NCBI GenBank assembly: GCA_026014815.1
Contig: JAOZHP010000140.1
Coordinates: 17,437 to 81,436, forward strand
Origin: Candidatus Bathyarchaeota archaeon
GTDB lineage: Archaea; Thermoproteota; Bathyarchaeia; TCS64
DNA: 64,000 bases
Direction of reading: 5' to 3'
A program made the translations under genes and the position numbers. Under the pieces are notes generated by a model. The model was not told the DNA's origin, searched no databases, and was given only the letters and a program-made list of their open reading frames with translations. Within the stretch, counting starts at the first letter, position 1, and the number at the start of each line of letters is the position of its first letter. This document shows positions 38,156 through 48,046 of this stretch, in pieces.

Positions 38156-38901
38156 CAGAGTCCACCACCCATCATTATGAAGGTCACTGCCCCGAGGAGA
38201 GGCACAGTGACGTTGTCTAATCCTCTGGGGGTCACCGCCTCGGCTACCGTAACGACTGCTGACACGGCTAATATTGGTACAAGCTGGGCATTGAAGCTGA
38301 ACCCATAGATCGAGGAGAAGTACAGCATACCTGCTACCAGAGATACTAAGCTGCCGAGGAACATACCTGCACATCCCTCAACGCTTTTCTCCTCAAAGAC
38401 TCTAAACCTGTGCTTACCGTACCTTGAACCAATGATGGCAGCGGAGCTGTCCCCGTAGGCCATTGGGAATACACCAGCTGCTACGATGTAGGAGTTAGTA
38501 CCGTAGAGGAGAGCGAGGATACTGTAGCTAACTGCGTACAGCATGGGTCCTGTGAAATGTCCCTCCTCCGTGATATCCGACAAAAAACTCAGCTTCTCTC
38601 TGAGCCAAGGCCAAGGACCGTAAGGTGAGACCATGTAAGTGGCTACGATGAACGGAGAAGCAACTAGGAACGGGAAAATATTCTCGGTGAAAAAAGGCAT
38701 GATGAGTGGCAGGTTCCCTATCATGGCGTGAAGAAACTTACGACTAGACGCCTTGGGTAAACCTAGACGCCCAGAGATGAAGATCAGCGCCACGACGTAC
38801 CCATAACAGACTAATACTATGGGAATGTTGGACCAGATATCCATCTCTATCCAATTTAACCCGTTCAAAGAGCCTAATAGGTTTTCGAGCCTCCCCGTCA
38901 A
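38155..38901 (-). CDS. CTP-transferase-1 family membrane protein (dolichol/polyprenol kinase-like)
   Basis: RKFLHAMIGN and GDSSAAIIGSRYGKHRF, which match the GDxxAxxxGxxxGK motif. Confidence 0.45.
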   Translation of the reverse strand: MTGRLENLLGSLNGLNWIEMDIWSNIPIVLVCYGYVVALIFISGRLGLPKASSRKFLHAMIGNLPLIMPFFTENIFPFLVASPFIVATYMVSPYGPWPWLREKLSFLSDITEEGHFTGPMLYAVSYSILALLYGTNSYIVAAGVFPMAYGDSSAAIIGSRYGKHRFRVFEEKSVEGCAGMFLGSLVSLVAGMLYFSSIYGFSFNAQLVPILAVSAVVTVAEAVTPRGLDNVTVPLLGAVTFIMMGGGL

Positions 38902-38912
38902 TCAAATCTGGT

Positions 38913-39893
38913 TTAAAAGGTGATGTCCCTCTGCTCGGGGACCACGTGGGGTGGCCGTTTTCCTTCAAGGAACGCCTTCACGTTACTCACAGCCCTTACA
39001 GCCATCTTTCGTCTGGTCTCCCATGTAGCGGAGGCGATGTGGGGGGACATGACCACGTTTTCTAGTTTAAGCAACGGGTTGTCCAGCGGTGTTGGCTCGG
39101 TCTCAAAGACGTCGAGTGCTGCTCCACGTATCTTACCGTCCTTTAGGGCGCGTATGAGTGCCTTCTCATCAATCACAGAACCTCGGGATGTGTTCACTAT
39201 CACTGCTTCCTGCTTCATCATAGCTAGCTCTTTCTCCCCGATGATGCCACGTGTCATGGGAGTCAAAGTCACGTTGACGCTGAGAATATCAGACTCCCTG
39301 AGTAGCTCCTCGAACTCAACATACCTGACGCCATACTTTTCCTCAAGATATTTTCTTCTCATCAAGTCGCTGTAGATGAGGTTTAGGTCGAATCCTTGAG
39401 CCCTTTTGAGTATCTCGGCTCCGATGCGGCCGAGTCCCAGTATCCCCAGAGTCTTGCCCTCGATATCCCATCCAAAGGGGAAGCTTCTATCACGGTTTGT
39501 CCAGTGCTCCTTGGTGTGTCTATCCGCTAGTGGTATCCTTCTAGTGAAACCAAGGATGAGTGCCCATGTATGCTCAGCGACCCCAACTGAGAGCACGTCG
39601 GGTGTGTGAGTTACTATAATCCCTCGTTTGGTGCATGTGTCTACATCCACCGAGTCGTAGCCTACACCGAACCTTGCCACGATTTTAAGGTTAGGTGCCT
39701 TGTCCAAGTACTGGTCGTTTATCGGTTCGGTGCCCACGATGACGGCCGTTGCATCTGCAAGCTTGTCAGTGTAGGGCCGTTTGACGTACTCGACCTCGGC
39801 GTAGGCTTCAAGGTCTTTTGAGACATCCTCAGGAACATTGTTTTTTCCGCTGCTTATTAGAACCTTATACTTCATGGCTTGAACTTGGCTCAC
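38913..39893 (-). CDS. D-isomer-specific 2-hydroxyacid dehydrogenase (glyoxylate/hydroxypyruvate reductase-like)
   Basis: LGILGLGRIGAEI NAD-binding motif and a catalytic-domain pattern ...SPHIAS. Confidence 0.8.
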   Translation of the reverse strand: MSQVQAMKYKVLISSGKNNVPEDVSKDLEAYAEVEYVKRPYTDKLADATAVIVGTEPINDQYLDKAPNLKIVARFGVGYDSVDVDTCTKRGIIVTHTPDVLSVGVAEHTWALILGFTRRIPLADRHTKEHWTNRDRSFPFGWDIEGKTLGILGLGRIGAEILKRAQGFDLNLIYSDLMRRKYLEEKYGVRYVEFEELLRESDILSVNVTLTPMTRGIIGEKELAMMKQEAVIVNTSRGSVIDEKALIRALKDGKIRGAALDVFETEPTPLDNPLLKLENVVMSPHIASATWETRRKMAVRAVSNVKAFLEGKRPPHVVPEQRDITF

Positions 39894-40023
39894 CAGTTAT
39901 AAAATATTGACACGATGAATTCAACCTCTCCCGAAGACTGATTTATTGTATTTACAGTATTTACGAAAAATTAGGTAGTTTATGCTTAGCTTTTTAAGCG
40001 ATTAACACAGCGTTCCAAGGGTA

Positions 40024-41322
40024 ATGACCCAAAATCTGACACTCAAACAAAAATGGGATAACCTCTTCTTCGGATGGAAGACGGTTTTCGCCGGAGCTAT
40101 CATCGCTTGCTGGGGCTATGGAAGCTGGTACTACGGGATGGGCGCCTTGTTCGGGCCTCTCATCGCTGAATTTGGGTGGACAAGGACTCAGCTCAGCCTC
40201 GCTTTCAGCATGCGAAGCATAGAGGGAGGTCTTGAGGGTCCTTTCGGAGGTATGCTCATCGATAAGTATGGTGAACGAAAGATCACCATTCTCTCGACAA
40301 TAATTGCGTGTATTGGTCTAATCGCGGTATTATTCGTGAAGACTATTTGGCAGTTTGTCATTGTCTGGGGATTAATCGTCAGCCTCGGCTTCAACCTCGG
40401 CCTTTACGATACGGTGAACAGCGCAGTGGCAAAATGGTTCGTTAAGGATAGGAGCAGGGCCATCGGTATCGTTACTATCGGCGGTGGACTCGGTGCACCT
40501 ATCATCGTGCCTGTCATGACGTGGATCATACTCAATTACTCGTGGAGGCATGCGCTCATGTTTGTTGTCGTCTCCACTGCTCTTATCGCGATTCCACTTG
40601 CATGGTTTTTCATGAAGGATAAGCCACCAGAGGCATACGGGATGCTTCCAGATGGAGTAAAACTAGAGCTGGATGAGAACGGGGAAACAAAATCCAACCT
40701 AGACTTTGGCTACGATTTTACGCCTCAAGAAGCACTGAAGACAAGGAGCTTCTGGATGATTCTCATCGCGTTTATGCTTAACGGAGGAACCCTAGCTATG
40801 ATAACGATGCATCAGATTGTATTCCACACAGAACTGGGAATTGACGCCATGGCAGCCGCTGGAATCCTCGGATTAATGGCGACAATCAGTCTCGGAGGCA
40901 GGGTCCTCACAGCGACCCTCGGCGGAAAATTCACCGAACGCCAATACTTAATGCTGGGATACACAATGCGTACCATCGGGTTAATGATCTTCATCTACGC
41001 GAGAACGATACCCACAATCATGGCTTTCGCAGTCATATACGGTATTGGCTACGGGATCACCATCCCAGCACAGACAAGCCTGAGAGCCGACTACTTTGGG
41101 AGAAAAGCGTACGCCACAATCACAGGTTACACGACCTTCTTCACGGCCATCACAAACGTGGTTTACCCGACATTCGCGGCATGGATCTACGACACCACGG
41201 GCAGCTACATACAGGCCTTCTGGATCGTGACAGCGCTACAGGCGTTCGCAATATTGTTTATGTATCTGGGTAAGAAGCCTGAGCCACCAGTATCGCTGAT
41301 CGCAGCTCCGACAGGGGTCTAA
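40024..41322 (+). CDS. MFS transporter (oxalate/formate antiporter-like)
   Basis: 12-TM pattern with G(x)LxDKxG-type motifs. Confidence 0.7.
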   Translation: MTQNLTLKQKWDNLFFGWKTVFAGAIIACWGYGSWYYGMGALFGPLIAEFGWTRTQLSLAFSMRSIEGGLEGPFGGMLIDKYGERKITILSTIIACIGLIAVLFVKTIWQFVIVWGLIVSLGFNLGLYDTVNSAVAKWFVKDRSRAIGIVTIGGGLGAPIIVPVMTWIILNYSWRHALMFVVVSTALIAIPLAWFFMKDKPPEAYGMLPDGVKLELDENGETKSNLDFGYDFTPQEALKTRSFWMILIAFMLNGGTLAMITMHQIVFHTELGIDAMAAAGILGLMATISLGGRVLTATLGGKFTERQYLMLGYTMRTIGLMIFIYARTIPTIMAFAVIYGIGYGITIPAQTSLRADYFGRKAYATITGYTTFFTAITNVVYPTFAAWIYDTTGSYIQAFWIVTALQAFAILFMYLGKKPEPPVSLIAAPTGV

Positions 41323-41383
41323 TACCACTTCATTATTATCATCCAAATCTTACTTTGTAGGCTTTGGATAAATTTTAGATATA

Positions 41384-42706
41384 TTAGACTTGGGCTTTCT
41401 CTGGCTCCTTCACCAAGAACAAGACCATGAGAGCAGAGAACAGGATCGCTACGCTTGTTATCTGCCAGACCAGTGTAGGACTATAAGCATAGAGTTGTCC
41501 ACCCACCCATGCACCCATCGCAGCAGGTGGGAATATGAGGAATCCTCCACCCCAGAAGTTACCCCAGCTTATCTGTACGCCACGCTCTCCGAGGAGGCTG
41601 TAGAGGCGGCCACGGCGCTCACGTGGGATCATATTGGCGATGAGGGTGCTGAACCCAGGGATCATTATCTTGTTGCATACTGAGATCACAGTGATGGCGA
41701 GGGCTACCGTCCAGAATCCGGTTGTGTACTGAAAGAGAAATATTACCAAGGGTGCCGTTAACATGCCGGCGAGAATAGCTTTTTTCGCGCCCCATGAATC
41801 CACAACCTGTCCCATAGGTAAAGCGAATATGAGAGCCACGACACCGCTCACCAGGTTAACATTGCCCCACTCGGGTACACTGACACCTACTACAGCCTTG
41901 GCGTACACAGACCAGAAAGGCGCGCTCATGGCAACGAAGAAAGCTGTAACCATCTCGATGAGTACAATGGTCTTGAGGCTTCTATCCATCCATCTCACAG
42001 ACTCGATGATGCTTAGGTAAGACTCCTTGAAGACTCGGGGTAAGTCACCCCAACTATATTTCTCAGACTCGTCATCTTCGATGGTCTCCTCCAAATACCT
42101 GAGTCGCAGATAGGCAACTAACAATCCTGTGAGGAAAGCGATAGACCACGCTAGCTTCACTGCTCGTATAAGTGCGAGGTCTTCGGTTAATCCACTTGTA
42201 GTCTGGAAATAAGCGATTAACTGTCCACCGATGAATGGAGCGAGAATCCGTATAGCCTGTGGTACCGCCATCATTATGGCAAAGCCTCTTCCCCTGACGC
42301 CTGGTGGTAGGCTATCGCTGCTCAAAGCGTTCATTGCGGGAGTGTAGAACAAGAGAAGCTGGGCGAGGAATTGTCCTATAGCCAAGGTCTGCCAGTTGTT
42401 TGCAATGACGAATGGGATGTGCGATAAAGCATACAGAACCGTACTGTACCCGATGAGCTTGACTCTTCCAACCCTGTCAGCTAGAAACCCTCCAACAGGA
42501 TAAAGTATCATGCCGGCTAGGATGCCTACACTGCTGATGAGACCGATCTCTTTCTCTGTTCCACCTAGCGCGAGTATATAGAAGCTGAAGTAAGGGTAAA
42601 CGATGCTTGTGCTCAGACTCCATAGGACCCTGCATATCATTAGTGTGCGTATGTTGCCCCGGATGAACCAGAACATGCCTTGTTCTTTTTGTAGCGCCTC
42701 AGTCAT
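41384..42706 (-). CDS. MFS transporter (tandem paralogue A)
   Basis: 12 TM helices. It is highly similar to the next gene (FWFIRGNIRTLMICRVLW vs FWFIQGNVKILMLCRVLW). Confidence 0.7.
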   Translation of the reverse strand: MTEALQKEQGMFWFIRGNIRTLMICRVLWSLSTSIVYPYFSFYILALGGTEKEIGLISSVGILAGMILYPVGGFLADRVGRVKLIGYSTVLYALSHIPFVIANNWQTLAIGQFLAQLLLFYTPAMNALSSDSLPPGVRGRGFAIMMAVPQAIRILAPFIGGQLIAYFQTTSGLTEDLALIRAVKLAWSIAFLTGLLVAYLRLRYLEETIEDDESEKYSWGDLPRVFKESYLSIIESVRWMDRSLKTIVLIEMVTAFFVAMSAPFWSVYAKAVVGVSVPEWGNVNLVSGVVALIFALPMGQVVDSWGAKKAILAGMLTAPLVIFLFQYTTGFWTVALAITVISVCNKIMIPGFSTLIANMIPRERRGRLYSLLGERGVQISWGNFWGGGFLIFPPAAMGAWVGGQLYAYSPTLVWQITSVAILFSALMVLFLVKEPEKAQV

Positions 42707-42800
42707 TTTTTCGCCCCGAGAATCATGGTAGGGGTACTTTACCTATGGATATACCTTTCCGTATTCAGTGATCATTGAAGGAAAGATTGTTCATCTATTG

Positions 42801-44123
42801 CTATTGCTGGGCTTGCTCAGGTTCCTTCACGAACATGAAAATGAGCACAAGGGACACCAGCAACGCTCCAGCGGTGATCATCCAAGGGTAGTTGGGGTTC
42901 ATCTTGTACACCCATCCACCAACGTAACTGCCCAGCGCTGCCGGCGGGAACAATAGGAATCCACCACCCCAGAAGTTACCGAAGCTAATCATGATACCTC
43001 GTTCACCTATTAGGCTGTAGAGGCGTCCACGGCGCTCACGTGGAATCATGTTAGCGATGATTGTGCTGAACGCAGGCATCATCATGCTGTTGCATAGCGC
43101 GACGCCGCAGAGAATCAACGCGACTCCAATGAAGCCGCCGACGTACTGGTAGCTCCACAGGGTTATGGGTGCCAGTAGCATTCCTGTGAGTATCATCTTT
43201 CTTGGCCCAAGCTTGTCCACCGCGGTTCCGAGGGGAAACGCTAGTCCCACGCCTACGAGGCCGCTGAGGAACATGACTAAGCCCCACTGACTCTCAGTGA
43301 GGCCGATAATTTGCTTCGCGTAAACCACGTAGAAGGGGGCGCTCATGGCGATGAAGAAGCTGGCGAACATCTCGATGCCAACGATGATCTTGAGGCTACT
43401 GTCCATCCATTTGATGCTGTCAAGGATGCTCCGATACGCCGGCATTATCATCTTAGGAAGCTCGCTGAACCTGAACATGTTCTCTGGCTTCACGTCGGTG
43501 ACGGTTTCCTTGAGGTAAGTAAGTCTGATCCACGCAACGACGAGCCCCGTGAGGAACGCGATGCTCCAACAGATCCTTACTGCCAGAATCAGCGCCTGAT
43601 TCTCCGTGAGGCCACTACTGATCTGAAACCACTCGATGATATAGCCACCAAATATGGGCGCAATGATCCTCACCGCCCCTGGCACAGTCATCATTATGGC
43701 AAAGCCTCTGCCCCTAACGCCCGGCGGTAGACTGTCAGCCTCAAGAGCATTCATGGCGGGCATGTAGAAGAGGAAAAGCTGACCGAAGAACTGGCCCAAC
43801 GCGATGACCCTCCAGTCATTTGCCACCACGAAGAATAGGTGAGCAAAGGTGTAGAGGAGCGTGCTGTATCCTATGAGCTTGACTCGGCCAGCTTTGTCAG
43901 CGATATATCCGCCAACAGGGTATAGGACCATGCCGGCGAGGATGCCAAGACTGTTGATGAGCCCTATCTCTGTACTTGTACCGCCAAGGGCGAGGATGTA
44001 GAGGCTAAAGAAGGGATAGATGATACTTGTGCTGGCGGACCAGAGAACCCTGCAAAGCATAAGTATCTTGACGTTGCCCTGAATGAACCAAAACACGCCT
44101 TTTCTTGATAACGGCTCCCCCAT
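42801..44123 (-). CDS. MFS transporter (tandem paralogue B)
   Basis: See the paralogue at 41384-42706. Confidence 0.7.
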   Translation of the reverse strand: MGEPLSRKGVFWFIQGNVKILMLCRVLWSASTSIIYPFFSLYILALGGTSTEIGLINSLGILAGMVLYPVGGYIADKAGRVKLIGYSTLLYTFAHLFFVVANDWRVIALGQFFGQLFLFYMPAMNALEADSLPPGVRGRGFAIMMTVPGAVRIIAPIFGGYIIEWFQISSGLTENQALILAVRICWSIAFLTGLVVAWIRLTYLKETVTDVKPENMFRFSELPKMIMPAYRSILDSIKWMDSSLKIIVGIEMFASFFIAMSAPFYVVYAKQIIGLTESQWGLVMFLSGLVGVGLAFPLGTAVDKLGPRKMILTGMLLAPITLWSYQYVGGFIGVALILCGVALCNSMMMPAFSTIIANMIPRERRGRLYSLIGERGIMISFGNFWGGGFLLFPPAALGSYVGGWVYKMNPNYPWMITAGALLVSLVLIFMFVKEPEQAQQ

Positions 44124-44232
44124 CGTTCATCGCCCCTTAAAGTCCCAGCTTGTGACACTGAATACCATATAAACTTTCGTGAAATAATGGAGAGAGAAAG
44201 ACATCCAAAAAGAGACTATGAGAGGAGATTAG

Positions 44233-44502
44233 TCACTTCTTCTTAGTGACTTTGAAGGTGACTAGGTTCCATCTGTCTGGGCACTCGTACTTCCACTCGT
44301 CATTGTTCATCCATGGTATCTGGCCGCCGTAACACATGTTCATCAACGTGGGGAACATGTCGTGGTAGCAGTACCCGCAGATTCCATCCGTTTTGTGGGT
44401 GTTAATACTGAACTTGTCTCCTACCTTGTGACCAGCGCTACAGTTTTTCAGAACACTGACGACCTCGGCTTCATAAACTGATTCCTTAGACATACTCATC
44501 AA
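44233..44502 (-). CDS. Small Cys-rich protein, TIGR04076-like
   Basis: GICGYCYHDMFPTLMNMCYGGQIPWM...ECPD pattern, which I recognise as TIGR04076-like. Confidence 0.4.
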   Translation of the reverse strand: MMSMSKESVYEAEVVSVLKNCSAGHKVGDKFSINTHKTDGICGYCYHDMFPTLMNMCYGGQIPWMNNDEWKYECPDRWNLVTFKVTKKK

Positions 44503-44570
44503 GTGTTCAGTGTGTACTGAATACTAAAAATCTGCGAAGGTTTTTGGCTATAGACTTCATAGTCTGATAC

Positions 44571-45458
44571 ATGGGCCTCATTGATTCGATTAAGGGACCA
44601 GCTGAGGGCTTCAAGGGGTTTCTCGGGGTCTCGGTTAAGCATCTTGATACAGAGGAAGCAGCGCACATGAACGGGGATAAACTGTTCCCTACAGCCAGCA
44701 CCTTCAAGGTACCAGTGTTGCTAGAGTTCTACAGGCAGGTAGAGCAAGGCAGACTGGCACTCGACCAGCAGATCGTTCTCACAGAGGAAGCTAAGGTGCC
44801 GGGCTCGGGGGTACTAAAGGAGCTGTCCGAGGGTATGCTTGTGAGCCTGAAGGATCTTCTCAGCCTCATGATGATAGTGAGCGACAACACGGCCACCGAT
44901 CTGATAGTCGAGAAGGTGGGCATGGACAACGTCAACGATACGATGAAGAAACTGGGTCTAAAGCAGACCAAGGTTGTCAAGTACTGCAGGGAGATTCTCT
45001 TCGACCTCGTAGGGATCAATGACTTGCCGTTAAACGAGATGACTTTAACCCGTTTCAAGGAGGCATCCGAGGGAGGCGACTACGCGGGATCATGGAGCCT
45101 CGGAGTAGTGAACAACGATGTCAGCACCCCCAACGAGATGACGAGACTTCTGGAACTCATCGCAAACGGGGAGGCAGCGAGCAGTGAAAGCTGCGAAGCC
45201 ATACTGGAGATCATGGGAAAGTGCCAGACAGGCACTTACAGGATACCCAAGTACCTGCCCCAAAAGAAAGTGACCATGCAGCGAAAGACAGGCAGCTTAC
45301 CGGGCGTCAGGAATGACGTAGGCGTAGTCACGCTCAAGGATACAGGTGAACGCTACGCGTTGAGCTGCTTCACAATGGGCGCTGAGGACGTGTACGCCGC
45401 CGAGGAGGCGATAGCCCTCGTCAGTCAGGGTGTTTACGAGTACTTCAGTGGCGTGTAA
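44571..45458 (+). CDS. Class A beta-lactamase-fold protein, cytoplasmic
   Basis: ASTFKV (S-x-x-K), SDNTATD (SDN) and KTGS (KTG) motifs. The omega-loop reads DLPLNE rather than ExELN. There is no signal peptide. Confidence 0.7.
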   Translation: MGLIDSIKGPAEGFKGFLGVSVKHLDTEEAAHMNGDKLFPTASTFKVPVLLEFYRQVEQGRLALDQQIVLTEEAKVPGSGVLKELSEGMLVSLKDLLSLMMIVSDNTATDLIVEKVGMDNVNDTMKKLGLKQTKVVKYCREILFDLVGINDLPLNEMTLTRFKEASEGGDYAGSWSLGVVNNDVSTPNEMTRLLELIANGEAASSESCEAILEIMGKCQTGTYRIPKYLPQKKVTMQRKTGSLPGVRNDVGVVTLKDTGERYALSCFTMGAEDVYAAEEAIALVSQGVYEYFSGV

Positions 45459-45535
45459 CTTCCTTATTCATCTTGTTCATGGATTCGTGGTGTTGTTTTT
45501 AAGCCCTCTTTCATTGATGATCACAGTGAATTGTA

Positions 45536-46963
45536 ATGGATTTGAAGCCCGAAACCAAGCTTAAGGATCTCGTGGACAAGTATCCATTCCTCATAGAGTT
45601 TATACCCACATTGTCACCTCATTACGAGAGACTCAAGAACCCGGTTCTCAGAGAGACCATGTTCAAGATAGCCACGTTGGAGAAGGTGGCGCAGAGCGGC
45701 GGCTTCACGGTCGAGGAGCTGGCCAAGAAGATCAAGGAAGAGATCGATAGGCACAGCAAGGATGACGTAGCAGAGCAACGCAAGGAGATCCTGAAAAGTA
45801 TAATTAGGGACCTCCATGACGGTGTCGAGATGGAGGTGCTCAGGAAACGGTTCGCAGACCTAGTAAAGGACGTGAGCGCCACCGAGATCGCTGAGATCGA
45901 GCAGAGCCTCATAGATGAGGGGCTCCCCGAGACCGAGGTGAAGCGCCTCTGTGACGTCCACGTCGAGGTGTTCAAGCACGCTTTGGACGACCAAGACGTG
46001 CCACGTCCACCAGCAGGGCACCCAGTGCACACCTTCATGGTGGAGAACAGGGCAGCTGAGAACATCATGGGGGAGATCGACGGCTTGATCAGTGAGATAG
46101 GAACGCCGGCTGACCATGAGAAACTCGATGCTTACAGGGATCAACTTTCCAGTTTGCTTGAGAAGATCAGTGAGATAGAGAAGCATTATTTGAGGAAGGA
46201 GAACCAGCTTTTTCCCCATCTTGAGGCTCACGGCGTCTCTGGTCCGAGCCAGGTGATGTGGGCGCTCCACGACGATGTGCGTGAGGTCATAAAGATTGCC
46301 AGAAGGCAGGTCAAGGACCCGGACCCTCGGATCGTGACTACCATGGATGAACTCATCACAACCATCAAGGACATGATCTACAAGGAGGAGCACATACTTT
46401 TCCCCATGAGCCTTGAGACCCTCACAGACAAGGAGTGGCTTGATGTCAAAAATGGCTCAGAGGAGATCGGTTACGCTTGGACCGAGCCCATGGTTGACTG
46501 GACACCAGATGTCCACGAGGAACAGGAGAAGGTTATCGGCGCAGCAGTCATGAGCACAGTCGCCCTCGATACAGGAGCGTTGACGCCGGAACAGGTTAAC
46601 CTCATGCTCACGCATCTTCCAGTGGACGTGACCTTCGTTGACGAGAACGATAGGGTAGCCTACTATTCATCTGGGAAGGAACGGATTTTCCCGAGGAGCC
46701 CAGGCATCATAGGTAGGGAGGTCATCAGGTGCCACCCACCTCGAAGCGTCCACGTCGTTGAGAACATAGTCAAGGCATTCAAGGATGGTACCAAGGACGA
46801 GGCAGAGTTCTGGCTTCAGATGGGAGAGAGATTCATCCACATCAGGTACTTCCCGATTCGTGACAAGGAAGGCAACTACCGTGGAACCATCGAGGTAAGC
46901 CAAGACGTCACAGAGATAAGGAAGCTGGAGGGACAGCGAAGGCTCCTAGACTGGACACAGTAA
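45536..46963 (+). CDS. Multidomain DUF1858 / hemerythrin-like / DUF438 / PAS-like protein
   Basis: N-terminal DUF1858-like segment (LKDLVDKYPFLIEF), then an H/E-rich helical hemerythrin-like region, then a C-terminal PAS-like beta segment. Confidence 0.5.
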   Translation: MDLKPETKLKDLVDKYPFLIEFIPTLSPHYERLKNPVLRETMFKIATLEKVAQSGGFTVEELAKKIKEEIDRHSKDDVAEQRKEILKSIIRDLHDGVEMEVLRKRFADLVKDVSATEIAEIEQSLIDEGLPETEVKRLCDVHVEVFKHALDDQDVPRPPAGHPVHTFMVENRAAENIMGEIDGLISEIGTPADHEKLDAYRDQLSSLLEKISEIEKHYLRKENQLFPHLEAHGVSGPSQVMWALHDDVREVIKIARRQVKDPDPRIVTTMDELITTIKDMIYKEEHILFPMSLETLTDKEWLDVKNGSEEIGYAWTEPMVDWTPDVHEEQEKVIGAAVMSTVALDTGALTPEQVNLMLTHLPVDVTFVDENDRVAYYSSGKERIFPRSPGIIGREVIRCHPPRSVHVVENIVKAFKDGTKDEAEFWLQMGERFIHIRYFPIRDKEGNYRGTIEVSQDVTEIRKLEGQRRLLDWTQ

Positions 46964-46974
46964 CCCAGTCTAAT

Positions 46975-48015
46975 CTATACCTCTACGTTCACATTTTCCT
47001 TGACCATGAAAAGCTTCTTGACTGTCTGAATTATCATGACGCCTCCGATTACTACTCCTCCAAACCAGACCAAGATCATCAATACTCCTCCTAGACCCGT
47101 CGCCTTGCTCAGTGCTGAGCCTATAGACATCAAGGCTCCGAGAAGTATTATCTTCAGGATAGAGGGCTCCAGCTTTAGTGTGTACGTGGAAGGCTGTACG
47201 GTGTTTGATTTTTCGGTTCCCTTGACTAGGAGCGCAGCGAAGAACACATAGAGAACCCAGATAGCTGCCTGAGGACCGATACCCGGTAACTCCTCCGGTC
47301 GTAAAATGAAGCCTGTCACAATATAGAATGCACCGAGCACTCCAATCAGCGTCCTGAACTGCCTCTCATCGGGAAGGAGACTCCTCATCGAGTACACTCG
47401 CCCTACCCTTCTTCTCCACAAATAGATCAACGCTGCTAGGTAGAGGCTTGTCGTGAGACCTGAGGCAATCGCCTCGTTGAGGGTGGCTGCTCCATTGCTC
47501 TGGAAGATGCCTCCGAGGAATGGTAAGATGTACAGCATCGGAGTGTGTGTGGCCTTGTCCACTATTCTCCGAGACCATTCTGGGAGGAGGCTGTAGATCT
47601 CGTTACTTGATGTGAGGGTTGACTCAGCGACGAGGAGGGGTATGATGAAGCTCATAAATGTGTGCCAGTAGGGGACCAGCACGAAAGTCTCTATCACGGC
47701 GATACCGAAGGGTCTCGGTAGGCTGCTCTCCCAAGTAGGGTTCCAAAGCACTTTGGTAATATACGCCTCGTATAACCCGAAGATACATCCTGCGGGGAAC
47801 AACGCGTAAAGCCACAGCTTACCCCTCCTGGCTACATATGTCCAGAGTACGAGGGTATGCAGAGTGTAAAGAGGTATGACAAGAAGGTAACTGACAATGT
47901 TGTAAAAAGGAAAGATATCGCTCCCTGAGACCACCTCCGCAAAGAAAGTGCTCAAGCAACCCAAAATGTACCAGAACAAAAGTCTGTCACGTCTACTCGG
48001 TGCCTCAGGGTTCAC
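46975..48015 (-). CDS. Hypothetical polytopic membrane protein
   Basis: About 9 hydrophobic helices. Confidence 0.3.
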   Translation of the reverse strand: MNPEAPSRRDRLLFWYILGCLSTFFAEVVSGSDIFPFYNIVSYLLVIPLYTLHTLVLWTYVARRGKLWLYALFPAGCIFGLYEAYITKVLWNPTWESSLPRPFGIAVIETFVLVPYWHTFMSFIIPLLVAESTLTSSNEIYSLLPEWSRRIVDKATHTPMLYILPFLGGIFQSNGAATLNEAIASGLTTSLYLAALIYLWRRRVGRVYSMRSLLPDERQFRTLIGVLGAFYIVTGFILRPEELPGIGPQAAIWVLYVFFAALLVKGTEKSNTVQPSTYTLKLEPSILKIILLGALMSIGSALSKATGLGGVLMILVWFGGVVIGGVMIIQTVKKLFMVKENVNVEV

Positions 48016-48046
48016 CTCGTCTTCCAGACTTTACACCTCAAGTGTC

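Noticed and set aside
39935-39960. Tandem GTATTTAC GTATTTAC octamers upstream of the MFS gene at 40024
   Set aside because: Two short copies in AT-rich promoter DNA are within chance expectation.
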